DNA of 63,790 bases, filler included. It is 7 parts of 7 records of this genome, joined end to end, with 100 filler letters (N's around TTAATTAATTAA, not from the genome) between each part and the next. Parts side by side here need not be neighbours in the genome. Positions count along the whole stretch, not along the records: positions 26,106 to 34,972 come from SRR31147125_8427; positions 35,073 to 48,079 come from SRR31147125_8479; 5 more parts are not named here. The stretch is one strand, 5' to 3'. Below, in pieces: positions 31,940 to 41,275 of this stretch (position 1 is its first letter; each line of letters starts with the position of its first letter). Below the pieces are notes generated by a model, which saw only the letters and a program-made list of their open reading frames with translations, made no database searches and was not told the origin of the DNA. Position numbers and translations under genes: made by a program.

Positions 31940-33242
31940 ATGTCATTTGATATTGAAGTAGGTACTTCTATGCTAGCCAAGATTAAGGTGATTGGCGTAG
32001 GAGGAGCAGGAAATAATGCGATTAATCGCATGATTGACAAGGGTCTTGGTGATGCTGAATTTATTGCGGTAAATACAGACTTGCAAGCCCTGAATATATC
32101 AAAAGCTAGTGTGAAGATTCAGATTGGTGAACAGCTTACTTCTGGTCTTGGATCTGGAGGAAACCCAAATATGGGTGCAGATGCGGCGCAAGAAAGCAAA
32201 CAATCTATTAAGGATGCTGTTGTTGGTGCTGACCTTGTATTTATTGCAGCAGGACTTGGAGGAGGTACTGGTACTGGTGCTGCTCCAGTTATTGCAGAAA
32301 TCGTTAGAGAGATGGGGATACTTTCTGTAGCTGTTGTTACGCTTCCTTTTAAGTTCGAAGGTGGACACAGAATGGAGAGTGCAAAAAAAGGCCACCAAAA
32401 ACTTATGGAAGTTGTGGATACTATTGTTACTATTCCTAATGAAAAGCTAACGGTTATTATGCCAAAAGGTACTGCGCTTGTTGAGTGTTTTAAAAAGGCT
32501 GATGATGTATTGCGTCAAGGTGTTAAGGGTATTACAGACTTAATATCAAGACCTGGTATGATTAACCTTGACTTTGCCGATGTTAAGATGGTTTTATCTA
32601 AACGTGGTGTTGCCCATATGGGTATTGGTGAAGGGTTTGGAGAATCTAAAGTTATGGATGCAATTAAAATTGCGGTAGAATCTCCGCTGTTAGATACAAA
32701 TATTAGAGGAGCAACTGGTGTCCTTTTAAATATTATTGGTGATGAAACAATTGGTCTTTCCGAGATTCAAGAAGCTGCACAGATTGTTCAAAATAGCGTA
32801 CATCAAAATGCGCATATCTTTTTTGGGACAGACACTGACCCTACAATGAATGATGAGGTTCAAATTACTGTTATTGCAACAGGATTCGAAGATTTGCCTG
32901 ATTATGATAGTATAGGAGATCAAAAGCAACTCGACGAAGAAAAACTTCATATAAACGTTGGAATAGAAAACGCTTTTGATAAAACTGAGGGTGATGATGA
33001 TGCCGAGACAAGAGTTGAAGTTGAAAACGAGCCTGAAGCTTTTGAAAAAAGAAGATGAGAAGTCTGATGAACAAGTAGTTGTAAGAAGACCACATATAGA
33101 CTTTGTGGATTTTAACGAAAATGATGATTTGGATGTTCCTATCTTTGCAAGAAGCAGCAGACCAAGGAAACAAAAAAAGGATGATAACGTCTTGGTAAGC
33201 AATGACTTTGACGATTTAAGCTCTAATTTTAATGATGAGTAA
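31940..33242 (+). CDS. ftsZ: Cell division protein FtsZ; apparent frameshift in the linker at ~33050
   Basis: VGGAGNNA, NTD, GGGTGTG and NLDFADV motifs. The conserved tail DDLDVPIFAR is in the adjacent frame, which ends at 33242. Confidence 0.95.
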
Positions 33243-33293
33243 ATAAAATTTAATATTTAATAGTGATTTAACAAAAAAGGTATTGCTACATGA

Positions 33294-33322
33294 TTGACTA
33301 AATGGCTCAATGCATGTATAAT
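33294..33322 (+). promoter_or_regulatory. Sigma-A promoter of the hisS leader
   Basis: TTGACT-N17-TATAAT. Confidence 0.8.
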
Positions 33323-33329
33323 ACCTTTT

Positions 33330-33565
33330 GTGCAAATAGGACGTTGTTCTTTGTTATACCTATTTACAGGGAGTTTTTGGCTTGGCAATATTAATCGTTT
33401 TTTAATAAAACCATGACTGTAACCAAAAATATTGGGTCTAAGATCATCTAACACCTATATGTTGTTTATATATTAATTAAAGAGTTTACAGCACAGCTGT
33501 AAGAATTTTGGGTGGTACCGCGGGTCTTTCTCGTCCCATATACGTGGTATCATTTTATTTTTTAG
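33330..33565 (+). promoter_or_regulatory. T-box riboswitch leader of hisS-aspS
   Basis: T-box AATTTTGGGTGGTACCGCG (33504-33522) with 3' partner CGTCCC, stem III ttacagc/gctgtaa, AG box cagggag and GNUG-like ctgtaa. Confidence 0.85.
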
Positions 33566-33668
33566 AAAAAGTTTCAGGCTTTAAACACTTTTCATACAAT
33601 CTTGTGGGCTAAATAAAGTTTTGTAGGTGTTTTGTGATTTAGAGTAGTGAAAGGAATGGTCATAAATA

Positions 33669-34922
33669 ATGGTAAGTATAAAAGCGCCAAAAGGCACAAA
33701 GGATATATCAATATCCCAAAGCTACAAATGGCATTATATAGAGAAAACAATAAGAAAAATAGCTTCTAAATATGGTCATAGAGAGATTAGAACCCCTGTA
33801 TTTGAGCATACCGAGCTCTTTTTACGTGGTGTTGGCGACACAACAGATATTGTACAAAAAGAGATGTATACTTTTGAAGATAAAGGTGGAAGAAGCATAA
33901 CGTTAAAACCTGAGGGTACTGCTGGTGTTGTTAGGTCTTATGTAGAAAACAAGATGTATGGTGATGCAAAGCCGACAAAGATGTACTATTTAAATTGTCC
34001 TGTTTTTAGGTATGAGAGACCACAAGCAGGAAGATTAAGAGAGCATCATCAGTTTGGTATTGAGATTTTTGGAGCAAAGCAGCCGTCTTTGGATGCAGAA
34101 GTTATGTTGGTTGCAAAAGATATTTTTGATACTTTAGGTCTTAAAGATATAGAGCTTAATATCAATTCAATTGGTTGTAAAAATTGTAGACCAGCATATA
34201 ACGAAAAACTAAAAGAGTATTTAAAAGATAATTTAGATAGTCTTTGTAAGACATGTAACGATAGATTTGAGACGAACCCACTTAGAATATTGGATTGTAA
34301 GGTGGAAAGCTGTAAAGAGATTGTTAAAAATGCACCAATTATGATAGATAACCTTTGTGATGATTGTAAAGACCACTTCGAAGGATTAAAAAGCATGCTT
34401 GATGCAGTACACTTAGATTATAAGATTAATCCTATGATCGTTAGAGGTTTAGATTATTATACGAAAAGCGTTTTTGAGTTTGTAGCGACTGGAATTGGTG
34501 CCCAAGGCACTGTTTGTGGTGGTGGAAGATATGATGGCTTGGTTGAGCAAATAGGCGGACCTGAAACCTGCGGAATTGGTTTTGGAATGGGTATAGAAAG
34601 ACTGCTTCTTGTGCTTGAATCTCAAGGGATTGATATTGAAGAACCTGACCTTTATGATGTGTTTATTTGTACATTGGGTGATGCTACAAGAATAAAGGCT
34701 TTTGAAATCCTTTATGATTTAAGAAAACACGGATTAAAAGTTGACATGGATCACGTAGGAAAAAGCCTAAAAGCTCAGTTTAAATTTGCTGATAAGATTG
34801 GGGCAAAAAAGGTTATTGTTATTGGTGAGGATGAGCTGATGCGAGGAGTAGTTAAGCTTCGTGATATGCAAGATAGCACCGAGACAGAAGTAGAAATTGA
34901 AAATATTAAAGAAAAATTATAA
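33669..34922 (+). CDS. hisS: Histidine--tRNA ligase
   Basis: PKGTKD, KEMY, LKPEGTA, FRYERPQAGR, VRGLDYY and GGGRYD motifs. Confidence 0.98.
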   Translation: MVSIKAPKGTKDISISQSYKWHYIEKTIRKIASKYGHREIRTPVFEHTELFLRGVGDTTDIVQKEMYTFEDKGGRSITLKPEGTAGVVRSYVENKMYGDAKPTKMYYLNCPVFRYERPQAGRLREHHQFGIEIFGAKQPSLDAEVMLVAKDIFDTLGLKDIELNINSIGCKNCRPAYNEKLKEYLKDNLDSLCKTCNDRFETNPLRILDCKVESCKEIVKNAPIMIDNLCDDCKDHFEGLKSMLDAVHLDYKINPMIVRGLDYYTKSVFEFVATGIGAQGTVCGGGRYDGLVEQIGGPETCGIGFGMGIERLLLVLESQGIDIEEPDLYDVFICTLGDATRIKAFEILYDLRKHGLKVDMDHVGKSLKAQFKFADKIGAKKVIVIGEDELMRGVVKLRDMQDSTETEVEIENIKEKL

Positions 34923-34945
34923 GAATATACAGGAGAAAGAAAAAT

Positions 34946-34972
34946 ATGAGTGAACAGTTACAGGGTTGGAAA
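34946..34972 (+). CDS. aspS: Probable start of aspartate--tRNA ligase (MSEQLQGWK...), truncated by gap
   Basis: AGGAG RBS, a clostridial AspS-like N-terminus and the usual hisS-aspS order. Only 9 codons are visible. Confidence 0.55.
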
Positions 34973-35072
34973 NNNNNNNNNNNNNNNNNNNNNNNNNNNN
35001 NNNNNNNNNNNNNNNNTTAATTAATTAANNNNNNNNNNNNNNNNNNNNNNNNNNNNNNNNNNNNNNNNNNNN
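34973..35072. other. Artificial contig spacer
   Basis: N44-TTAATTAATTAA-N44. Confidence 0.99.
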
Positions 35073-35206
35073 AAATGGACTCAGACTTTTCATTTCTATC
35101 TTCCTGAAATTAATTCGTTTAAATAAGAGCTGTGCGAGAATTAAGAAATTATATTATTTTTATTGGCCATCGATGTCTGGTTCAGATTTCGCGTGTGTTT
35201 TATTCG

Positions 35207-35947
35207 TTATGTCATTTTTCCTACCAGTACTAAATTTGGGCTTTCTCTCCAAAAGTATCGATCAAATTTCATATTACCGTAGAACTCGAATTGATGGCAT
35301 CCGATTGATTCAAGGGCTTTTTCCAACTCTTCTTTTTGATAGGGGTAGAGTATCGTGCTGTTTAAAGAGTGGGTATTTTTTTGCCCGTCCCAGGTAATCG
35401 TCAGAAGATTGAATCTGAGATGATCTTTTTCAAAGTCGTAAAATCGGATATATTGCCGATTCCCTTTACTATGAATACCAACAATTCTGTTCTTTTCTTC
35501 CACTATTTTACGATAATTGAGTAGCTGTAAAACAAGAATACCGCCTAGATTCAGGAGCCTCTTAAATGTTGATACTGTTTTATTAATGTCGGTTTTTGCT
35601 ATATGAGGTATAGAATTTCCAAGGCAAAAAAGCGCATCAAATGTTCCTTTAGTATTCTTGCGTAAATCCTGCATGGATGAAAGAACAAAGGATGGGGGCG
35701 CAGCCAACTTTTTTGCGTTCTGCTTGGCTTTATCCAGCATGGCTTTAGAAATATCTGCCCCAACTGTGTGAATGCCCATTTCAGCAAATAGAAGGGTGTG
35801 AAGACCTGTTCCACATGCGGCATCCATAACAGATTGAAATGCATATTTATTATGCCAGTCCTGCAGTATTTGTCTTTCATTTTCCAGACGTTCGCTAAAT
35901 CGAGTCATTTCATCATAATTGTCGGCGATGTGGTTGTAAAAATCCAT
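35207..35947 (-). CDS. Class I SAM-dependent methyltransferase (glycine/sarcosine N-methyltransferase-like)
   Basis: DAACGTG, GADIS..ML and CLGNSIPH motifs. Confidence 0.88.
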   Translation of the reverse strand: MDFYNHIADNYDEMTRFSERLENERQILQDWHNKYAFQSVMDAACGTGLHTLLFAEMGIHTVGADISKAMLDKAKQNAKKLAAPPSFVLSSMQDLRKNTKGTFDALFCLGNSIPHIAKTDINKTVSTFKRLLNLGGILVLQLLNYRKIVEEKNRIVGIHSKGNRQYIRFYDFEKDHLRFNLLTITWDGQKNTHSLNSTILYPYQKEELEKALESIGCHQFEFYGNMKFDRYFWRESPNLVLVGKMT

Positions 35948-36253
35948 CTGGCTGATCTACCCCATTATTGGTAAATAGAATACATTCCTGGCTTTTGTAA
36001 ACGTCTTGAATGATCTTTTCATTCCCGAGTTTTGAGGTGCGATGATATTAGCCTGCTGATTTGAAGTTAATATAATTTTTAGTGAGCAGAATAGTGAATT
36101 TGGATGTCACTGATGTTTAAGGTGTGCGAATATATCAGCAAAACAGAAGAATGGCTGGCCATTTTTAGTTGAAATGAGTTTCGAGTTAATGTAAATTTGA
36201 TAAGCGTCTGCAATTAACAGGTAATAGAACCGGGATGTCTTTAAAAGGCATTA

Positions 36254-36772
36254 CTATATTTTCGTAATATAAGTTTTGTACAGGTCCTTTTTTTCTTCTT
36301 TTGTCCAGACTTGAAAGCCCCTGTCTTTAACTTTGTCTATCAAGGGTGAAGGTAAAAATGGCGTTTCAAGCTCTAAAAGTTGCCCGGTCTCAAGATGTTT
36401 TAATTCGCTAAATACGGGATCCAATGGGGAGGCACCTGACTCAATAAGTGGTCTGGCATCAAGGAATTTGCTTATTTTATCCGGATCAAACCAGGTTGGT
36501 TGAGCAGAAATTTCTCCTTCCTCATCTTCACCGTGAAAGGTCTGTTGAATACCCACTTTTTCTCGAAGTGAATTGATTAGGGTGGCTACGGGTACGTTGC
36601 CCACTGTTGCAACCTGGCGTAATGTCGCCACTTTGGCTACTGTATTTCTTAAAACCGGATTCTTGAGTTTGGCAAATGAGGGTGATATTTCTATTAAAAC
36701 GTCCTCCAATTGGGGATATGCTTTTAATAATGCCTGCAAACGTGTCTCCGGGGTAATGGGTAATTCGCTCAT
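36254..36772 (-). CDS. DUF1858 + DUF2249-like protein
   Basis: LL..YPQLEDVL...F.KLKNPVLRNTVAKVATL.Q; C-terminal LDARP...P...PF.P.PL. Confidence 0.8.
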   Translation of the reverse strand: MSELPITPETRLQALLKAYPQLEDVLIEISPSFAKLKNPVLRNTVAKVATLRQVATVGNVPVATLINSLREKVGIQQTFHGEDEEGEISAQPTWFDPDKISKFLDARPLIESGASPLDPVFSELKHLETGQLLELETPFLPSPLIDKVKDRGFQVWTKEEKKDLYKTYITKI

Positions 36773-36774
36773 TT

Positions 36775-38013
36775 TTAGTCCTCCGAATTATAATCCAGAA
36801 TTCGTTTTTCACCTTGCAGTTTACGTTTCTGCGTAAGGTCCTGAGAAACCTCCAGTGTGCCAAGATAATCACCGTTCTCATTTCTCATGGCAAAATATTC
36901 AATATGGATAAACTTTTCGTCCAGAGTAATCCAAAAGGCAGCACTGTCCTGTTTTCCGGAACGGAAATCATCAAGAATCTGTTCAATAACATGCACACTG
37001 GCTGGTGGATGACAGAGTTGTACTTTACGGCCAAGAATGGCCCTGTTACGGTCGAATATCCGCTCTTTTCCCTGAGTGAAATAGCGAACTGTATCATTTT
37101 TATCAACAAAAGTCATATCAAAAGGAATTGTATTCAAGAGAATATTCAGTTCCTCTACATTAATACTACCGCTCGGCAATTTAATGATATTTTTAGTCGC
37201 ACTGGTTTTTACGGGTCTGGTTAATCCTTCAGGTGTCCATTTTTCTACAGGATCGTAAAGGCAAAACCCAATTTCCATACTTTGATTATAAATCTCATAC
37301 CAATCATTGTCCGTCAATATATCCATACACATTGGAAAGAGTATCTGTTCTTCTTTATTGATCATTTCCTCGATGGCCGTCATAGCGGGTTTTAAAACAA
37401 ATTCGATCACTGCTTTGGCTTCCTCTGCAGAGATGTTTTTTGTTGCGGACAAGGCTTCAATGGTGGTTTTTATTAATTCACGGGTTTCGTCATGTTTGCC
37501 CCACATAACGGTTGGCGGTCCGGTAATTTCGTATTTTTCCAAATAAGGAAAGAGGAGATTTTCTTTGCGTCTGTAATGTTTTTCTACATCTGTCAGGAAA
37601 TTGAATTGTGTGTGTATAGAGTTCATGATCTCATTAACCTTTTCCTGTGCATCGAGTTTTTCGATGTCACGAAAGAGGTTCTCCAGGGCTGCGATTTTCA
37701 GCTGTAACGCTCTGTTTTCCTGGGTAAATGTATGCACCGGGTGTCCTGGCGGGGCTTCCCTTGCTCCTTCCTGATCGATAACACCTTTGAGTGCTTGAGT
37801 ATGAACGTCACACAGTTTTAGTACTTCTTCCTGAGGCAAACCCTCTGAAATTAATTCCTGTTCGACTTCAACAACCTCACCATAGGGTACCTGTCCCAAC
37901 AATTGTATCAGCTGTTTTTTGACAGCATCAGGAGCCTGACCTTCATGAAGCTGAAGAATCATATGTTTTAATAATTCTTTTCTTTTTCTGGAATTATTAA
38001 TCAATTCGCTCAA
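36775..38013 (-). CDS. DUF438 / hemerythrin-like / PAS_10 protein
   Basis: LCDVH, GHPVHTF..EN, HY.RKEN, VMW.KHDE, KEE.ILFP and GRKVQLCHPP.S motifs; TTG start with GGAGG. Confidence 0.88.
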   Translation of the reverse strand: MSELINNSRKRKELLKHMILQLHEGQAPDAVKKQLIQLLGQVPYGEVVEVEQELISEGLPQEEVLKLCDVHTQALKGVIDQEGAREAPPGHPVHTFTQENRALQLKIAALENLFRDIEKLDAQEKVNEIMNSIHTQFNFLTDVEKHYRRKENLLFPYLEKYEITGPPTVMWGKHDETRELIKTTIEALSATKNISAEEAKAVIEFVLKPAMTAIEEMINKEEQILFPMCMDILTDNDWYEIYNQSMEIGFCLYDPVEKWTPEGLTRPVKTSATKNIIKLPSGSINVEELNILLNTIPFDMTFVDKNDTVRYFTQGKERIFDRNRAILGRKVQLCHPPASVHVIEQILDDFRSGKQDSAAFWITLDEKFIHIEYFAMRNENGDYLGTLEVSQDLTQKRKLQGEKRILDYNSED

Positions 38014-38096
38014 GGGATCCCTCCGGATATTTAAATCTTTAATATCATAATGTTGTTTAAAAAGGAGTTTATTATTGAAACGTTCTAATTATTATC

Positions 38097-39178
38097 TTAT
38101 TTCAAGTTCCTGGAATTATTTTTAGTGCCAGATGGAATGTTGGTATTATTATGCTTTGTATTATAATCGGGTACCTCGCCACGATTATGCTGATAAGCCG
38201 GATCATGAAGCTTTTGAATATGGTATTTATATTCATCAATTGTAATGTTGTTTTGCCATTTTCCGATACCTCGCGCAATTGTAGTACCCACCAGAAAGAG
38301 AACCACGATTATTAGAGCATATAATTTGCCTGACATACGTCCTTTTGTTTGGTTGAGGGACAGGTAAAGTGTATTCTCCACAGGGCATACATCGACACAG
38401 CGTAAACAAGCATGGCATTCGTCTGAAAAAACGGTTTTGGTTTGATGTACCTTGACCTGAGCCGGGCACACGCGCGTACATTTTTTACAGTCAATGCAGC
38501 TTTTTTCATTGCGGTTAATTTTCCAGGGGCTGAGCCAGCTGAGTGCTCCCAGCAGGGCACCATAAGGACACAAGTACCGACACCAAAAATGTCGAAAAAG
38601 AATGGAAAGCAAAAAAAGTCCAATCAACACTCGTGCCGTTAAGCCGGACATCCCGGAAAAAAATTTCAACATTTTAATATCTGCTACTTTATTATAGGGA
38701 CTGTAGAGGAATTGGTGCAGATCCGGAACGCCCATTTGCACAAGAATAGCCCATAAAAAAAGAAAAGCAGCAGGTATTTGATGCTTCGTAAAGGATAATC
38801 AAGCCATCGGACCATTTTACGTGGTCTGTCAAAAAGTAATACATGCACGCGTTCCAGATATTCTGATAAAAGTCCAACCGGGCAAACCCAGCTGCAGAAT
38901 CCTTTTTTTAGAAAGATGGCCACAACCAATATGATAAGCAAGAGTACGAGGCCTGAAGGGTGTATATTGTTAAAAACACCCGTCTGTAGCCAATATTTCA
39001 AACTCATCAGGGAGGCGATGGGTAAAAATGCTTCAACTCCCGGAGGCCGGGGTACAGTGACATTCAGACCATTTTCCAGTTGATAAACAAATATAATAAA
39101 TTCGATGCCAATCCAGATGGTGACAGCGAGAAATCCGAATTGCACCCATTTTCGATAGAATTGAGATTGAGAGCGCAT
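38097..39178 (-). CDS. Membrane-bound 4Fe-4S polyferredoxin (NapH/YccM-like); apparent frameshift at ~38757
   Basis: FCSWVCPVG, WCRYLCPYG and two CxxCxxCxxxCP motifs. Adding one T restores LFFFLWAILVQM. Confidence 0.88.
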
Positions 39179-39289
39179 TGTAATGTCCTGTTAATGAAAA
39201 AAAGCAAAACTCTGTATTGCGGATAAAAGAGTCTTTATTCTTATTTAAAATCAACCCAATTTGCCTTTACGACAAATCTGGTTGATGAG

Positions 39290-40525
39290 TTATTTGTGAT
39301 TTTTACGCATTTCTGTAGCGATATGCTCTATCTCTGTCAAATCCCGGCGCATTTCACTCCAGCCATACCACAAGGCATAATCGGGATTTGCATGAAATGT
39401 TCCCTGAAATGCTCTCATTCGGTGTTTAAGATACATGACAAAGAGTTTGTTTTCGACGGGTGTCGGTGAATCATGAAAAGTGAGCAGATCCGGAAATGGA
39501 TACGCGTAATTTTCCGGTTTTTTTAGCAGTCCATCTTTATACAAATCGGCAATAGTACGAATTGCTTTTGCCATTAAAAAATCAGCCTGTTTTATCATTT
39601 CATCACCTTTTTCCAACTCTGCTTTTGCAAAATTTAGCGAGTGGCATTGATTACAGGTTTTTAGCATTTTATCCCGTTCTTTTTGCCAGGATTCCTGAGT
39701 TAAGCGGGCAACGTCTGCGGCTTTGACGACATCGAGACGAGCTGTTGGCTTGCCTTCCGGATCCAAAACCCCCAAAGCCTGAAGAATGGTTGCACGATCT
39801 GCAGCCCATTGTTCATCTTCTGGCATGGGCAGGCGCACAGCTAAAAAGCCCCATGCTGTACGTACTTCATGGTTACCTTCCTGCATATGGCAGGTCTGAC
39901 ACGTTGGAGCAGCAACTGATTCTGGCAATGTACCATTTTGTTTAAGCAGGGCTCTCACACCATGCTTTGATGTGGAATACATTTCCCATTGTGGGTGATC
40001 AAAGCCCATATGGCAAGTCTGACAAGCCTGCGGTTGCTGAGCCTCCTTTTTTGAAAATACGTGACGGGTGTGGCACGCATCGCAGGAAGCAACACCGAAT
40101 CCGCTTCCTTCCGCTTTTAAGGCTTTAATTTCCTCTTCGGTTTTTAAACCGATCTTGTGACACCCGCCACAACCTTTCATGCCTTCTGTCAGGGACATGG
40201 GTTGCCAATGAATCGTTGGCATGGCATGCATAGCTGCCCATGCGGCCGCGTGTTTGCCTTTTTTGTATTGTGTTACCTGGTCCTCATGACAGGTGGAACA
40301 TGTTTCCGGGGTGGGGATGAGCACATTGTCAACATCATACGCTGTGGTATGTTCTTCTCCATGGCAAACGCTACAACTCACCTCATTTTGACTGTGTTTA
40401 CTCAATTGCCAATCGGAAATAATATTTGGATTGATATTCTTATGGCAATCGATGCACGTGTCTGACCATACCGGGGTCAAGCTAAAAAAGCAGATAAAAA
40501 AAACCGGATAAAATTTTGGATGCAT
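39290..40525 (-). CDS. Octaheme cytochrome c, hydroxylamine oxidoreductase (HAO) family
   Basis: Signal peptide and 8 CxxCH motifs (CIDCH, CSVCH, CSTCH, CGGCH, CDACH, CQTCH, CQTCH, CNQCH); also CHTRH.FS, G.DHPQWE and H.NPDY..W.GW. Confidence 0.9.
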   Translation of the reverse strand: MHPKFYPVFFICFFSLTPVWSDTCIDCHKNINPNIISDWQLSKHSQNEVSCSVCHGEEHTTAYDVDNVLIPTPETCSTCHEDQVTQYKKGKHAAAWAAMHAMPTIHWQPMSLTEGMKGCGGCHKIGLKTEEEIKALKAEGSGFGVASCDACHTRHVFSKKEAQQPQACQTCHMGFDHPQWEMYSTSKHGVRALLKQNGTLPESVAAPTCQTCHMQEGNHEVRTAWGFLAVRLPMPEDEQWAADRATILQALGVLDPEGKPTARLDVVKAADVARLTQESWQKERDKMLKTCNQCHSLNFAKAELEKGDEMIKQADFLMAKAIRTIADLYKDGLLKKPENYAYPFPDLLTFHDSPTPVENKLFVMYLKHRMRAFQGTFHANPDYALWYGWSEMRRDLTEIEHIATEMRKNHK

Positions 40526-40583
40526 AGCAGGCTCCTGTTTTAGTTCATTAATTAAAATTAATTATGAATTAGAGCAGGGAATG

Positions 40584-41036
40584 TTATCTGTCAATATTAA
40601 TAGAGATGTTCGAGATCCGCAGTTTGGATGTTTTCATTTTTGATGTCAGATCGGCCAGGGTTTTATTGTCGAACAAGTCATTGAGTTGATCTCTGATCTT
40701 TACCCATTCGGTATGTAATGGACAGGGATTTTTGTCACCGCAGTTTTCGAGTCCCAATACACATTGAGTAAAAATGTTGTTTCCGTCAACAGCTTTTATG
40801 ATTTCTTTTAATGTAATATTCTGAGCTGGTCGAGCCAGTGAGACACCACCTTTTGGTCCTTTGGAAGAGGTGATGACGTTTTGTTGTGTTAAAATCTGCA
40901 GTATTTTTGTAAGAAAGTGAAACGAGATCTCGAGTTTATCAGAAATTTCTCTTATAGGTACAAAGTGGCGCTGTTCCTGGAGAGCTAAATAGAGGGCTGC
41001 ACGTATCGCATAGTCACATGTTTTGGATAATACCAT
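40584..41036 (-). CDS. Rrf2-family Fe-S transcriptional regulator
   Basis: YAIRA, FLTKILQ.L and S.KGP.GG motifs; three Cys in CVLGLENCGDKNPCPLH. Confidence 0.92.
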   Translation of the reverse strand: MVLSKTCDYAIRAALYLALQEQRHFVPIREISDKLEISFHFLTKILQILTQQNVITSSKGPKGGVSLARPAQNITLKEIIKAVDGNNIFTQCVLGLENCGDKNPCPLHTEWVKIRDQLNDLFDNKTLADLTSKMKTSKLRISNISINIDR

Positions 41037-41056
41037 TTATAATCACTATTAATAAA

Positions 41057-41101
41057 AGACATCTTTGTCTGAAATATAACTTAAATGCCTGTGAGTGTCA
41101 A
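41057..41101 (-). promoter_or_regulatory. Sigma70 promoter of the rrf2 operon with adjacent palindromic operator
   Basis: Minus strand TTGACA-N17-TATATT, followed by the palindrome AGACA-N4-TGTCT (41057-41070) over the expected start site. Confidence 0.7.
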
Positions 41102-41275
41102 GAAAAAGTTGAAAAAAACAAAAGTGTTAAAAATAGCATCAAGATTTTGTTAGAGTAATAATCCGGTAATCTATAAAATGAAACTTTTTTTTCTATCTAT
41201 CGTAAAAACAAAATCCAGTGTAAGTATTCAAATCCGGAATCATAAATATTTTTATACTCCTCTTGAGAGGGATGT

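Noticed and set aside
39290-40525. HAO-family gene as evidence of ammonia oxidation or anammox
   Set aside because: No amo, cycAB or hzs genes are present, the cross-link Tyr position appears to be Trp, and the context is stress or reduction.
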